IMG/VR virus record: IMGVR_UViG_2852574111_000002
Location: 1,316 to 65,315 of that record
Strand: one strand, 5' to 3'
DNA length: 64,000 nt
Source: a virus
Taxonomy: Duplodnaviria > Caudoviricetes
The notes under the pieces are model-generated. The model did no database searches. It had not been told where the DNA came from and worked only from the letters and a program-made list of their open reading frames with translations. The translations under genes were made by a program, and so were the position numbers. This document shows, piece after piece, positions 9,373 through 19,241 of this stretch; within the stretch, counting starts at the first letter, position 1, and every line of letters starts with the position of its first letter.

Positions 9373-9528
9373 TTGCGCTCGGGCTCCTCAGCTATTCAGG
9401 CGCGGTCGGGCATCGTACAGATATCGGCTGGAGACGAGAAGCTGTCGAATCCGCCTTTCCCGTGGATGGCGATACGCAGGGGATTCACCCGTCACGCCTC
9501 GATAGATTGGAGTGCTCAGCAGGCCGTG

Positions 9529-9813
9529 TCACTGCTTGAGCACATGGACCTTGATTCCAGCCCAGATGACGAAGAGGAGGCCACCGGTCATGATGGCGAG
9601 CACGGTGTATCCGACCTTCGCCGCCACGCCGTCGGCCGCCAACCGCAGCCGCCGCAGGAAGCGGAAATCATCGCGCGCCGCCTCTCGCTGCTTCGCATCC
9701 TCGATGTAGAGCCCGGCATCCTCGAGCCCGCGCTGAACCGCGCGCTCCATCATCTCGCGGAGCTCTTCCTTCGAAATCGACAGGACGACGCTCTCGTTCA
9801 GTTCATTCCGCAT
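9529..9813 (-). CDS. Phage lysis-region membrane protein
   Basis: Follows the spanins; single C-terminal TM helix. Confidence 0.6.
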   Translation of the reverse strand: MRNELNESVVLSISKEELREMMERAVQRGLEDAGLYIEDAKQREAARDDFRFLRRLRLAADGVAAKVGYTVLAIMTGGLLFVIWAGIKVHVLKQ

Positions 9814-10087
9814 CGGCCTGCCCCGCTACCTCGGCGCGCACGCCGGCGTACCACTCCTGTCCCTGCTCCAGCCGCCCGTTGGCGAGCGCTAGGGCGGTAT
9901 AGGTCCGCGCCAGCGCCACCCGGGCGTCCATGCCGACCTTCAACGTCGGCACAGGGACCGGAACCAACCAGACCGGCGCCTGCGGCAGCGTGAGCGGCGT
10001 CGGCTTAGGGACCGCCCCGCACGCCGCGCAAATCGTCGGGAGTAAGATCGCAGCGGCGATCCGGGCGCTTCGCGAGCTCGGCTTCAT
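9803..10087 (-). CDS. Putative o-spanin (Rz1-like lipoprotein)
   Basis: Lipobox-like ICAAC, Pro-rich linker, overlaps the 3' end of the i-spanin. Confidence 0.7.
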   Translation of the reverse strand: MKPSSRSARIAAAILLPTICAACGAVPKPTPLTLPQAPVWLVPVPVPTLKVGMDARVALARTYTALALANGRLEQGQEWYAGVRAEVAGQADAE

Positions 10088-10448
10088 AGTCGTCGATCCT
10101 ATTCTGGTTGGCCTGCAGGGTCTCGTCGAGGATCTCGGCGCGCCGCGTCGCGTCGGCATAGGCGCGGTTGGCGATGTCGCGCTCGAGACGAGCAAACTCC
10201 TTATCGCGCAGCGCACTCTCCAGCTGCCGCCGCAGATCCGCCGCCTCGCACACTGACTGCGCCGAGCCGATGCCGGCGAGGTAGCAGGCGGCGCCGAGGC
10301 AGAGGATGCCGCCGGCAGCGGCTAGGCGCGGCAGCCTGACGAGCGGCAGCAACGAGTAGCCGAGCAGCCCGACGCCGAGCAGCGCCATGCCGCCGGCGCC
10401 GAAGGTCGGTGCCCATGACGGCAGGAAGGACAGGAGGGCCGCGATCAT
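10005..10448 (-). CDS. Putative i-spanin (Rz-like)
   Basis: Hydrophobic N-terminus followed by a long helical domain; lies after holin and endolysin. Confidence 0.7.
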   Translation of the reverse strand: MIAALLSFLPSWAPTFGAGGMALLGVGLLGYSLLPLVRLPRLAAAGGILCLGAACYLAGIGSAQSVCEAADLRRQLESALRDKEFARLERDIANRAYADATRRAEILDETLQANQNRIDDYEAELAKRPDRRCDLTPDDLRGVRGGP

Positions 10449-10789
10449 CCCGGGGCGCTCCCAGGTTCGGTAGGTGCGGAGTCGGTCACAACCACCGCTG
10501 CGCCAGCCTCCGCCGCCGCCACTGCCGGGGAGGCCGACGAGGATGGCGGCGCGTAAGGGAGGCCGCTGCGCGTCGCCCAGATCGCGGCGATGTCCTGCGC
10601 CGTCGCCAGCCCGGAATAGCCGAGGATGAGCAAGGCGATCAGCATCATGTAGCCGAACGCCATGGTGTCGTTGACGCGCGTGTCGGGCGCGTCGCGCAGA
10701 AGGTGGAGCTGCCAGCAGCAGAACAGGATCACGGGGAAGATCGCCAGTCGCCGCCACTGCCAACTCGGCTCGCCGGGCTGCTTCTTCAT
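10445..10789 (-). CDS. Putative holin
   Basis: Two TM segments, basic N-terminus, directly after the endolysin. Confidence 0.6.
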   Translation of the reverse strand: MKKQPGEPSWQWRRLAIFPVILFCCWQLHLLRDAPDTRVNDTMAFGYMMLIALLILGYSGLATAQDIAAIWATRSGLPYAPPSSSASPAVAAAEAGAAVVVTDSAPTEPGSAPG

Positions 10790-10790
10790 C

Positions 10791-11516
10791 TCAGGCCTCG
10801 TTCTGCGAGAGCGAGCCGGAGAGCGAGCGGCGCGGCAGCGGGGCGACGGGGGCGAGGAAGGTCGACGGCCAGCGCAGGCCACCTGGCCGGAGCCGGTTCT
10901 TGGCGAGGCGGGTGATCGTCACCGCATCGGACTGGTTGCCGCCGAGCACGTGGAACGCTTCGGCGTCCTGGCCGACGAGGAAGCCGACATGACCCTGCCA
11001 GCCGCTCGGCGAGCCACGCCAGAACACGGCGACGCAGCCGAGCATCGGATCCTTCAGCGGCTTGCCGAACTTCAGCCAGTTGATCGAGCCCCACGGGTTC
11101 GCCGGCACCGGCTCGTTCGGCAGCGTCGCGGCGATGCACCAGCCCGTGAAGGTGCCGCACCAGGCGTCCTCATCGTTGCGGAACGGTGCCGACAGGCGGT
11201 CGAGCCACTTGATGATGGTCGGGTTGTGCTGCGGCCCCTTAACCTCGCGGACCCCGAGATTGCGCCGTGCCTCCTCCAGCCAGGGGAGGATCGGTTCGGT
11301 GCCGGCGACCACGGGCGCCGCAGCGGCTACGGCCGGAATGGCGCCGAGGGCGGCGAGCGTCTTGGGGCCGACCTGCCCGTCGACGGTAAGGCCGCGCGCG
11401 CCCTGAAACGCGCGCACCGCCTGATCGGTGCGCCGGCCCCAGACGCCGTCGGCACCGGAGGGGCCGAGGTCGTAGCCAAGCGCCATCAGGCGCCGCTGAA
11501 GCTCAACGGTGTCCAT
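10791..11516 (-). CDS. Endolysin: peptidoglycan-binding domain plus TIGR02594-type (NlpC/CHAP-like) domain
   Basis: LQRRLMALGYD..ADGVWG..T..AVRAFQ..GLTVDGQVG; PWLEEARRNLGVRE, DEDAWC, GHVGF, LGGNQSD. Confidence 0.9.
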   Translation of the reverse strand: MDTVELQRRLMALGYDLGPSGADGVWGRRTDQAVRAFQGARGLTVDGQVGPKTLAALGAIPAVAAAAPVVAGTEPILPWLEEARRNLGVREVKGPQHNPTIIKWLDRLSAPFRNDEDAWCGTFTGWCIAATLPNEPVPANPWGSINWLKFGKPLKDPMLGCVAVFWRGSPSGWQGHVGFLVGQDAEAFHVLGGNQSDAVTITRLAKNRLRPGGLRWPSTFLAPVAPLPRRSLSGSLSQNEA

Positions 11517-11548
11517 GCTAGTCTCCAGAATGTCGGGGGGATCAGGCG

Positions 11549-11794
11549 ATGCGGTTCAGCGCCGAGTGGTGGACGGGCTTCGGCCTCGTCTTCGCGGCCA
11601 TCGGCACGATCACGGTCATGTTCTGCTGGTGGATGGATCGGCGCATCGCGCGGTTCGAAGCCGAGGACGCCGAGGATCGCGATCGCGCCGGGTTAGATGC
11701 GAGCATTAGGAGCGGCGAAGACGGGCTCGACGCGGAGATCGACCAGATCCTCCGCGGCGCACCTGAAATGAAAAAGCCGCCCGAAGGCGGCTGA
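11549..11794 (+). CDS. Small single-TM hypothetical protein (moron)
   Basis: N-terminal TM helix with acidic tail; opposite strand to the late genes. Confidence 0.45.
   Translation: MRFSAEWWTGFGLVFAAIGTITVMFCWWMDRRIARFEAEDAEDRDRAGLDASIRSGEDGLDAEIDQILRGAPEMKKPPEGG
11771..11792 (-). terminator. Intrinsic terminator between tail and lysis modules
   Basis: Minus strand AGCCGCC-TTCG-GGCGGCT followed by TTTT. Confidence 0.7.
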
Positions 11795-11863
11795 TGCGGG
11801 CGGCTAGACGCAGATTTCTGAACGCGGTAGCAAATGCTGGTTAGACCTTGCGGGGAGGGCGCC

Positions 11864-12502
11864 GTGACTATCCGCTTCTTTCATTCATTCGAACATCCGG
11901 CTCCCATACAGGGAACCCGCCCCATTGATGAGCAAAAGCATTACGCTGACATAATATTCCGATATCCAGTCTCGGGAAAAACCGTTCTAGATATTGGTGC
12001 CTGGGATGGCTATTTCTCGTTTGAAGCAGAGCGGCGCGGCGCGTCTCGAGTGCTGGCGACCGACCATTTTTGCTGGTCCGGCCCCGGATGGGGCACGAAG
12101 GATGGGTTCAATTACATTCATCAGGCGCTGAAATCAAAAGTTGAAAGCGTCGATGTTGACGTAGTTGACCTAGACAACAAGAAGCTAGGGACGTTCGACT
12201 TCGTAATGATGCTTGGTGTCCTCTATCATTTGAAGGACCCGTTCGGAGGCCTTGAAAAGGTCGCGGCGATGACGTCAGATTGCCTCGTCATTGAGACACT
12301 CTCAGATATGAACGACGTAAACGAACCGGTAGCTCGATATTATTTATTTGATGAATTTGGTGGAGACCCAACGAATTATTGGGGACCGAACATCCTGTGC
12401 CTGGAAAGTATGTTGCGAGAGCTAGGATTTACCCGCTTCGAGCATGAATGCTATCCGCAACTTGCGAAGAATTGTCGTGTTATCATGCACGCTTGGAAAT
12501 AG
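11864..12502 (+). CDS. Class I SAM-dependent methyltransferase (CmoB/DUF1698-like), moron
   Basis: VLDIGAWDGYFSFEAERRGA, FDFVMMLGVLYHL; RBS GGGGAGGG before GTG 11864. Confidence 0.85.
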   Translation: MTIRFFHSFEHPAPIQGTRPIDEQKHYADIIFRYPVSGKTVLDIGAWDGYFSFEAERRGASRVLATDHFCWSGPGWGTKDGFNYIHQALKSKVESVDVDVVDLDNKKLGTFDFVMMLGVLYHLKDPFGGLEKVAAMTSDCLVIETLSDMNDVNEPVARYYLFDEFGGDPTNYWGPNILCLESMLRELGFTRFEHECYPQLAKNCRVIMHAWK

Positions 12503-12574
12503 GCTCGCACCCAATAGGCCGGCTGAGTTTGCCGGCACCACAACTGGCGCATAGCAGGCCCTACGCAGGCAGCC

Positions 12575-12916
12575 CTATTCGGGCCAGGAGAAGGGGCAGG
12601 CCGCCGTCACCTCGGCGAGGAAATCCTCTATGGGCGGAGCGGTACGCGCCCCGGTTTGGACTTCGGCAAGAGCGGCCAGCGCATAGGTCCACACCGCCGA
12701 GCGATGTGCCTTCAGCGCCGCCGCCTCGGCGGCATAGCCCGGGTTCGGATCGTCGAGATAGGTGACGGCCGCGAGCATGCCGTCATACTGGCGCTCCTGC
12801 GCCTTGGCATCGAGCATGCCCTGGATGGCGGACGAGTACATGGCAAGGAGCTGCTGCTGCTGCTCGGCCGCCTTCTGGTCGGCGGTGATGTAGTCGGCCG
12901 GGGTGAGCGTCCGCAT
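12575..12916 (-). CDS. Tail fibre assembly/chaperone-like protein
   Basis: LDAKAQERQYD..AVTY..EA..W pattern; TGATG coupling with upstream gene. Confidence 0.65.
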   Translation of the reverse strand: MRTLTPADYITADQKAAEQQQQLLAMYSSAIQGMLDAKAQERQYDGMLAAVTYLDDPNPGYAAEAAALKAHRSAVWTYALAALAEVQTGARTAPPIEDFLAEVTAACPFSWPE

Positions 12917-13269
12917 CACGGGGTCTCCTCATCGGCAGGAGACACGGTCTCCACGTCGGGAAAAAGCACGGACGGCTCGTCGAAGGGCAACATCACCTCC
13001 CCGTCAGCCGGATCGAGGATCGGCGCCGGAAAGGCGACCTCGTGGGACGGCTCCGGCCCGTGCGGCAGGATCAGCGTCAGTTCCAGATCCCCGGCGACAC
13101 GACTGATTTCGCCGACGATCCAGTCGGACAGCACCGCCCCGTTGGGAACGGTCGCCCCGTCGGGCAGCCCGGCGAAATCGATCGCCTCGCCATTGATGGT
13201 GAGCACGTCGCCCTCCTTGCTGAGGGCGAGCGTGGCGTCACGGTACTGCGGGGAGAGGTTGATCTTCAT
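12916..13269 (-). CDS. Tail fibre assembly chaperone-like protein
   Basis: MKINLSPQ..GDVLTINGE.IDF..LPDGAT motif; coupled to the fibre gene. Confidence 0.7.
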   Translation of the reverse strand: MKINLSPQYRDATLALSKEGDVLTINGEAIDFAGLPDGATVPNGAVLSDWIVGEISRVAGDLELTLILPHGPEPSHEVAFPAPILDPADGEVMLPFDEPSVLFPDVETVSPADEETP

Positions 13270-14543
13270 CAGAACCACCTGCCGATAGCGATGTAGTGGA
13301 ACGTTGGGTCAGTGCCTGTAGTATCACGGCTGACGCTGCTAACGTTGGTGAAACTCGCGCCACCGATGCTTGCAGCTGTTACTGTTTGAATTGACGAGAT
13401 AATGTAGGGCGCCCATCCCCCGTCATATGAACTAGTGACAACTGGCGGCGCCGAGAATGCCACTGGGAATACGTAAGATCCGAGGGCGACGGTAGCGCCC
13501 GCCGCGATCACTCCGGGTGCCCGGAGATGCCGACGCCAGCAGATCTGCGTTCCATCGGCGAACCTGACGTACTCGCCGTTGCCGTTGCTGCCGCGCTCGA
13601 CGATCGCCCCGGTCGGCACTCCGCCCGCTTGCGACACGGCGCCGATGATACTGGCCGCATGGTAGATCTTATAGGCGACGGCTCCGTAGGACCCACCGCC
13701 GACCTTCCACTGATTGTCGGTGTCCAGCCCCAAGTAGGCCGCGAAGCCGGCGGGACGGTGGAACAGCTGCGCGGCAGCTCCAGTGCCGTTGCCGCGTACC
13801 TCGATCTCGCCGAGATTGCCGGCGGCATTGGCGATACCGTTGTTACCCTGCCCTCCACCTGCAGCAACCAGCCGCCCGCCCATGGTGTCGCCGGCCTTGT
13901 TGACCGGCGTGTAGCCCAACGCGGCTTGAGCCCCTAGCGTCGTCCTGGCCGTTGCTGCGTCAGCGTCGTCCATAAGCGTTTGGATGAACGCCGACGGAGC
14001 CACATAGGGCAGCCACGCCGTACCGTTCCAGATCGACACGGTGCCCGTCGCGACGCTCACCACCGTCGTGCCGCGAGCCGGTGCGGTGAACAGCCACCCC
14101 GATACGGTCCGCTGCGCCAGACTATTCGCCTGCCCGACCCAAGCGCCCGTAGGCACGGTGCCGACGACGTACATGTCCCCGGTGACGGGGGAGCCGGGCG
14201 GCGTGTTGCTGCCGAGCGACTGGACCTCGTAGTTCGGCCGGGCCGCCTTGATGATGCCGGCCTGGGCGATCAGCGCCCGCACCTGCTCCGCGAGATAGCC
14301 GGAGGTGAAGCGCGACGGGGCATCGAAGCGCACCAAATAGCTTGCACCGGCCTGATTGGCGCCGGACCATGCCGTGGCGAGTTCGAAATGCGTGGCGTCG
14401 GTCACCGAGCCGATCGTCACCCGCTGCCCGGCAAGCTCCAGCGTGTCGCCCGCCAGCAGGCCGCTCCAGAGCACGCCCGTGCCGGTGACGGTCGTAGCGC
14501 CATTGGCCACCGAAACGGTGCCGGTGTTGTAGAAGCTGAGCAT
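13269..14543 (-). CDS. Tail fibre protein (DUF2793-like central domain, ERGSNxNGEYVRFADGTQICW C-terminal domain)
   Basis: YNTGTVSV.NG.TTVTGTG N-terminus; PP.SP..GD.YVVG..PTGAW.G; fibre C-terminal motif. Confidence 0.85.
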   Translation of the reverse strand: MLSFYNTGTVSVANGATTVTGTGVLWSGLLAGDTLELAGQRVTIGSVTDATHFELATAWSGANQAGASYLVRFDAPSRFTSGYLAEQVRALIAQAGIIKAARPNYEVQSLGSNTPPGSPVTGDMYVVGTVPTGAWVGQANSLAQRTVSGWLFTAPARGTTVVSVATGTVSIWNGTAWLPYVAPSAFIQTLMDDADAATARTTLGAQAALGYTPVNKAGDTMGGRLVAAGGGQGNNGIANAAGNLGEIEVRGNGTGAAAQLFHRPAGFAAYLGLDTDNQWKVGGGSYGAVAYKIYHAASIIGAVSQAGGVPTGAIVERGSNGNGEYVRFADGTQICWRRHLRAPGVIAAGATVALGSYVFPVAFSAPPVVTSSYDGGWAPYIISSIQTVTAASIGGASFTNVSSVSRDTTGTDPTFHYIAIGRWF

Positions 14544-14555
14544 GTTGTCCTCGGA

Positions 14556-15944
14556 TCAGCCGAAGTCGGAAATGTTCATGGCCGCCACCCAGCCGAACGG
14601 GGCGGCCGTCCAGCCGGAAGCCTTTTCCCAGAGGTATTGGGTGCGGCTCGTGATCGTGGCGCGGAAGATGTTCTGATAGGCGCCGCCACCGGTCGCGACG
14701 ATGTCCTGCGACTGCACCTTGCCGCAGCCGCACCACCAGCCCGAAGTGCCGTCGGCCACCAGAATGAAGCCGAAGGGCGTTCCGGCGCCAACGGGCGGAA
14801 CGCCGGCCGCCGGCAGGTTGTACCAGTTGGTGTTCTGCGCCGTAGTGATCGCCCCGAAATCAGGGAAATAAGGGGTGATCCGGTCGGAGCGAAAGAGGAA
14901 GTCTTGCGCGCCGGCGTTGTAGTAACTGACGTCCTTCTTGGTGACGTAAATCCCGCCGCCGGGCTCGATATGAATGCGGCAGCGGACCGTCGTGGTGTCC
15001 GGCCCCGGAACATAGGCAGGGTCGCTGGCCACTACGGCGTAGCGGATCGGGGTCGGGTCGCTCGGCATGCCGGCGAGCAGGATCTGCGTCGGGCTCAACC
15101 AGAATATGCTCACGAGCTCCTGGTTGCCGCCGTCGGCCGAATAGGCGATGACCGGCGGATAGTGCGGGTACGCCTTGCTCAACGTCGCTATGGCGTACCG
15201 CCGAGGGCTGGAGCCTCCGTAGGTGAGCGGGAATGGGTCGCCGTCGACCCGATCAGAGCTCCAGTTCGCGCCGCCCCCGCCGTAGAGGTTGCACGTGACG
15301 GTGCCGGTCTCCTCGATCTGGAAGTGGTTGTTCCGCGTCGACAACATCATGTCGTCGAGGCTGCAGGTCAGGTGGTTGAAGCCGGGCCGCGAGACGAAGA
15401 TGCCTCGCCCATAGAGGGGATGAAGACCGATCCGGCCCCCGTTGCCACCCGCCCCTTCCAATGCGGTCGGGTTCGTCCCGAAGACGAAGTAGGCGTACTC
15501 CATGCCCGCCCGGCTCGGCGAGAAACATATCTCGTCGTTCTCCAGCGTCACGGCACAGGTGCCGTAGCCGCGGGCGTAGTTCGTCGCGATGCCCGCGCCC
15601 GACACTGGCGTCCCAGCGAGATAACGCGTCAGCGTGCCGCCGCCATTCCGCTGCCACGCCAGCGTCGGCCGGGTCGGCCCGTTCGCTCCGGCAAGCGCCA
15701 GGCGACGCACGTTGCGCGTGCCGGCTATGCCGCCGAAGGTCGCGGGATAGCTGATGTTCTTGGTCGGAAGGGCGCCGGCCGCCGCCACGCCGCTGGTGAG
15801 CAGCCGCAAGACGTTCCGGCGCCCGCTGTCGAAGGTGACCACGCGCGGGTCGAGCGCCATGTTCTTCGGATCATGTGGCGCAAGACAGGTCCGAAGGCGA
15901 AACAAACCTTCCGCGGTGACGAACGTATGATTGCTGTTCGCCAC
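14556..15944 (-). CDS. Minor tail protein with three related modules
   Basis: Between tail tip and fibre genes; recurring G(I/L)(F/Y)..., D..(F/L).S modules. Confidence 0.65.
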   Translation of the reverse strand: MANSNHTFVTAEGLFRLRTCLAPHDPKNMALDPRVVTFDSGRRNVLRLLTSGVAAAGALPTKNISYPATFGGIAGTRNVRRLALAGANGPTRPTLAWQRNGGGTLTRYLAGTPVSGAGIATNYARGYGTCAVTLENDEICFSPSRAGMEYAYFVFGTNPTALEGAGGNGGRIGLHPLYGRGIFVSRPGFNHLTCSLDDMMLSTRNNHFQIEETGTVTCNLYGGGGANWSSDRVDGDPFPLTYGGSSPRRYAIATLSKAYPHYPPVIAYSADGGNQELVSIFWLSPTQILLAGMPSDPTPIRYAVVASDPAYVPGPDTTTVRCRIHIEPGGGIYVTKKDVSYYNAGAQDFLFRSDRITPYFPDFGAITTAQNTNWYNLPAAGVPPVGAGTPFGFILVADGTSGWWCGCGKVQSQDIVATGGGAYQNIFRATITSRTQYLWEKASGWTAAPFGWVAAMNISDFG

Positions 15945-15947
15945 TGG

Positions 15948-18900
15948 TCAGCTCCACCAGTCGAAGTATTCAGCGCTTAGATTGAAGTCGATCTTTCCAT
16001 TTGGTGACAAGATGCGGCCGGCAGTGACAGTGCCTATGTTTGCGACAATTGACGAAAGCGTACCGATGTTCATTTTCGGCGCCGTGATTGACCCGTCGAC
16101 GATAAGGTCGCCTTGGATGAAGATGCCGGAGGCATTCGACACGAAGGGCGAGACGCGGATCCCGTTCACGCGGCGCGTCAGCACGAACAGATCGGCCTCG
16201 GCCTCGAAGGTCGAATAGGTGCCGCCGGCATTGCTGTAGGCCGCGATCATCATCGCCGCGCGCGTCGTGTAGACGCCATCGGTCACCTGCGCCGCAGCCT
16301 CGTAGGCGGCCAGCGCCCCGGCCGGCAGCGAGACCGCGGCGACCGTGCGGAAGGTCACATTGGCGTCGAGATTTTCGAGCTCGGCCTGCAGCTGCACGAC
16401 CTGAGACGCGATACCGGCGACGTCGTCGGCGACGACGGTGATCTTCTCCGTATAGGAGGCGGTTACCCGCTCGGCGGAGGCGGTCAGCTGAAAGCCCCAT
16501 TCCTCCTTGTCGAGCCAGTTCTGGGCGTCCTGCTCGGCGAGAAGTTCCGCCATCCGCTCATTGGCGAGATTGGTCGCGGCCAGGGCCTCGCCGATCTGCC
16601 GCTCGACATAGTCCCGCACACCCTTCTCAAAATTCTCCAGCGAGACCTGCACATTGTCGGCGCGCGTCGTCGGCTGCGCCAGATCGACATAGGCCCACGG
16701 TCCCTGCTTGCCGGCGGCGTTCACCGCGGCGACGCCGAGCCGCAACGCCAGCGGCTCCACCTGCTCCGAGAGCTTCGGCATCCGCACGTCCGGCAGCGGC
16801 GTCCAGCTCTCGCCCTCGTCATAGGAAACGCGGGCGACGTAGAAGACCGCACCCGGCACCGGCCCCCACTCGGCCACGATGCGGCAGGGCACCTCATTGG
16901 CGATGAAGCGCGCGCTCAGCAGCAGGGGCTGCGGAAAGGTCGGGTTGCGCGGCGTGTTGGCTTCCGGCAGCGGCGGCGGCTCGGTCAGATCCTCGTCATG
17001 CACGCGGGCATCGTCGACGAAGAGTTCAAGCGACACCCGGTCGCCGGCCGGCGCCGCCCGCGTGACGATGCAGCGGCGCTGCCAGGTCGTGCCGAGACCG
17101 ATGGCGAAGCTCGGAAGCTCGGCGCCCTCGGGGCGCTCCAGCGCGGCGTTCAACGTGCCCTGCGCCGCCTCCACAATGGCGAGGTCGGCGCCGTCGAGGA
17201 TGGCGATGCCGTCATTGGCGCCGCGCGCGCACTTGATCGGGCCGAAGGGGCGGCCGCGTTTGTCGCGGATCAGGATGTAATGCTGGCCGGCCACCCACGC
17301 CGGCGCCTCGTGCAGGTAGAGCGCATTGCCGACGCGGCGCGTCACCTTGCCGGAGGCGCCCCATTGCTGCGGCAGGTCAGATTGCAGCAGCACCGGCGCG
17401 CCGAGATAGAGCAGCCGCCCGTCATGCTCGGTCGTCAGCCGCACATTGATGCGGCGATAGAGGTTCTGCCGCAGCAGGAACTCGACCTCGCGCTGCGCCT
17501 GCGCCCGCTTCACGATGGGCAGCTGCAGCCTTGTCGCGCGGGCGATCTGTTCCTCGGTCGCCGTGCGCGGCGCCACGGCCTCCGCCAGCTGCCAGGTGCT
17601 CTCGTCGAGATATTCGAGCACGGCGCACTGCGCTTCGTCCGTCGGGCGCAGCAGGTACTCAATCTCCAGCGAGCCGCGCACGATCTCCTGGTCGGTGATG
17701 AGCATGCGCGGCACGCTCGACCACTGCTCGCGCACCAACGACAGCGTGCCGGCCATCCACACATGCTTGGCGCGGCAGGCCGAGAGCGCGGTATCAACAG
17801 CCTGCGGCACCGGCACCGTGGCGGCGAAGTCATGGTCGAAGGTGTCGCCGCGGGCCGCGCAGGTGGCGGCGAGATCGACGAAAGCCTGAAAGTCCAGCCG
17901 CGACAGCGGCAGGCTGCCGCCATAGGACGTGTTGGTGACGATATCGAGCGCCGCCCAGGCCGGCGAGCGCGTGGGCTGCTCCACCCATGCCGAACCCGTC
18001 CACACCGGGAGGATGCGCGTCGCCACCTCGGAAAGGCGGGACAGCGCGTCACCAGAGAACTGGTCGGTGGCCTTGGCGCGGATGGCGATGGTCGAGACCG
18101 GGAAGCTCTGCGGCCCGGTCAGGAAGGCGCGCATCTCCGCCCAATTGATCTGGTCGACGATGTTGGTGTCGGTCGCCCGTTCCGTCGTGCGTCGCACGCG
18201 CACCTTGTAGCGCCCCGCAGGCACCTCGGCGGCGAGGCTGAAGCGCAGCGGCGACTTCGAACACAACGGCACGTTCGGGAACGGCCCGACCGAGGTCCAA
18301 TCCCCGATCTCGTTGCCGGCAGCGTCGACCGGCCGGTACTGCATCATCACCGGCACGAAATGCGGGGTGAGCACGCCAGAGTCATTCTGCAGGCCGCAGC
18401 CGTTCGGCATGGACAGGTCGACCACCAGGCGCGTCGCCTGCGTGCCGGCGGCGTTGGCGATGAAGCCGCCGGTCCACGCGGGGAAGTCGAGTTCCTGCCC
18501 GCTCACCTCGGCGGAGGATTCGACGTTCACCGGGAACAGCGTCACCTGCTGGCCGGGATTGTAGAAGGCGATCTGCACGCCGCTGAATTGCGGGTTCACG
18601 CCGGTGCCGCTGGTCCACAGCGGCGTGTCCTCGATCAGGATCTGTTCGGGCTGGAGCCGGTCCTCGCCGCGCGACAGCAGCACATGAATGTACTGGTCGT
18701 TACCCTCATAGCTCGACCATTCCGGCGCCGCCTTGTCGAGCACGCGCTTGCGCCGCCCATAGCAGGACGGAATCGGCTCCAGCGGGCGGGCGAGGTTGAG
18801 GCCGGTTCCCCAGCTATAGATCGGATCAGGCTCGGCCTGGCTGCCGCCGGGCTTCACCGCCATCAGCGTGTTGATGAGGAAGCCGCCGCCGACCATGATG

Positions 18901-19220
18901 GCGCCGGCGGCGGCCTTGGCCGCCACCGTCCCGGCGCCGAACAGTGCACCGCCCGCCCAGGGGGCGAAGGCCGACAGGGCGATGACGCCGACGAGCCCGG
19001 CGATGGAGTTCTGCGTCAGGCCGCCGCCGCGCGGTCGGGACAGGAACTCGACCGCGGAACCCTTGCGGATGCGGCGGGAATTCCAGTTCGCCCGCAGCAC
19101 CGGCTCGCCGTCGACCAGGCAGATCGTCGGCAGGGTGGTGGTGTTCCAGCCGGTGCGGCGCAGGAAGCTGGTGATCGTCTCATTGCGGCGCGGCAGGGCG
19201 CGCGCGAGTTCGATCCCCGG
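15948..19220 (-). pseudogene. Tail tip / host-specificity protein (TipJ-like), 3' part, separated from its start by the satellite
   Basis: Frame stays open from codon 19220 to the stop at 15948; joins in frame to 36451-36410 across the att core to give 1104 aa; YGR motif, C-terminal fibronectin-like and J-like region. Confidence 0.85.
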
Positions 19221-19225
19221 CAGCG
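19219..19225 (+). repeat. Left att core GGCAGCG
   Basis: Identical to 36408-36414; 17 bp from the integrase stop. Confidence 0.85.
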
Positions 19226-19241
19226 GGAGATTTTTGCTTAG

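Noticed and set aside
13269-13470. Diversity-generating retroelement variable region at the fibre C-terminus
   Set aside because: No reverse transcriptase and no template repeat seen in the window; a module swap explains it better
16113-19241. Very long plus-strand ORFs (1042 aa here; also 13980-15980, 38897-41251, 45206-48232, 48608-50242, 50481-52100)
   Set aside because: Antisense shadows of GC3-rich real genes; Arg/Ala/Gly-rich with no motifs
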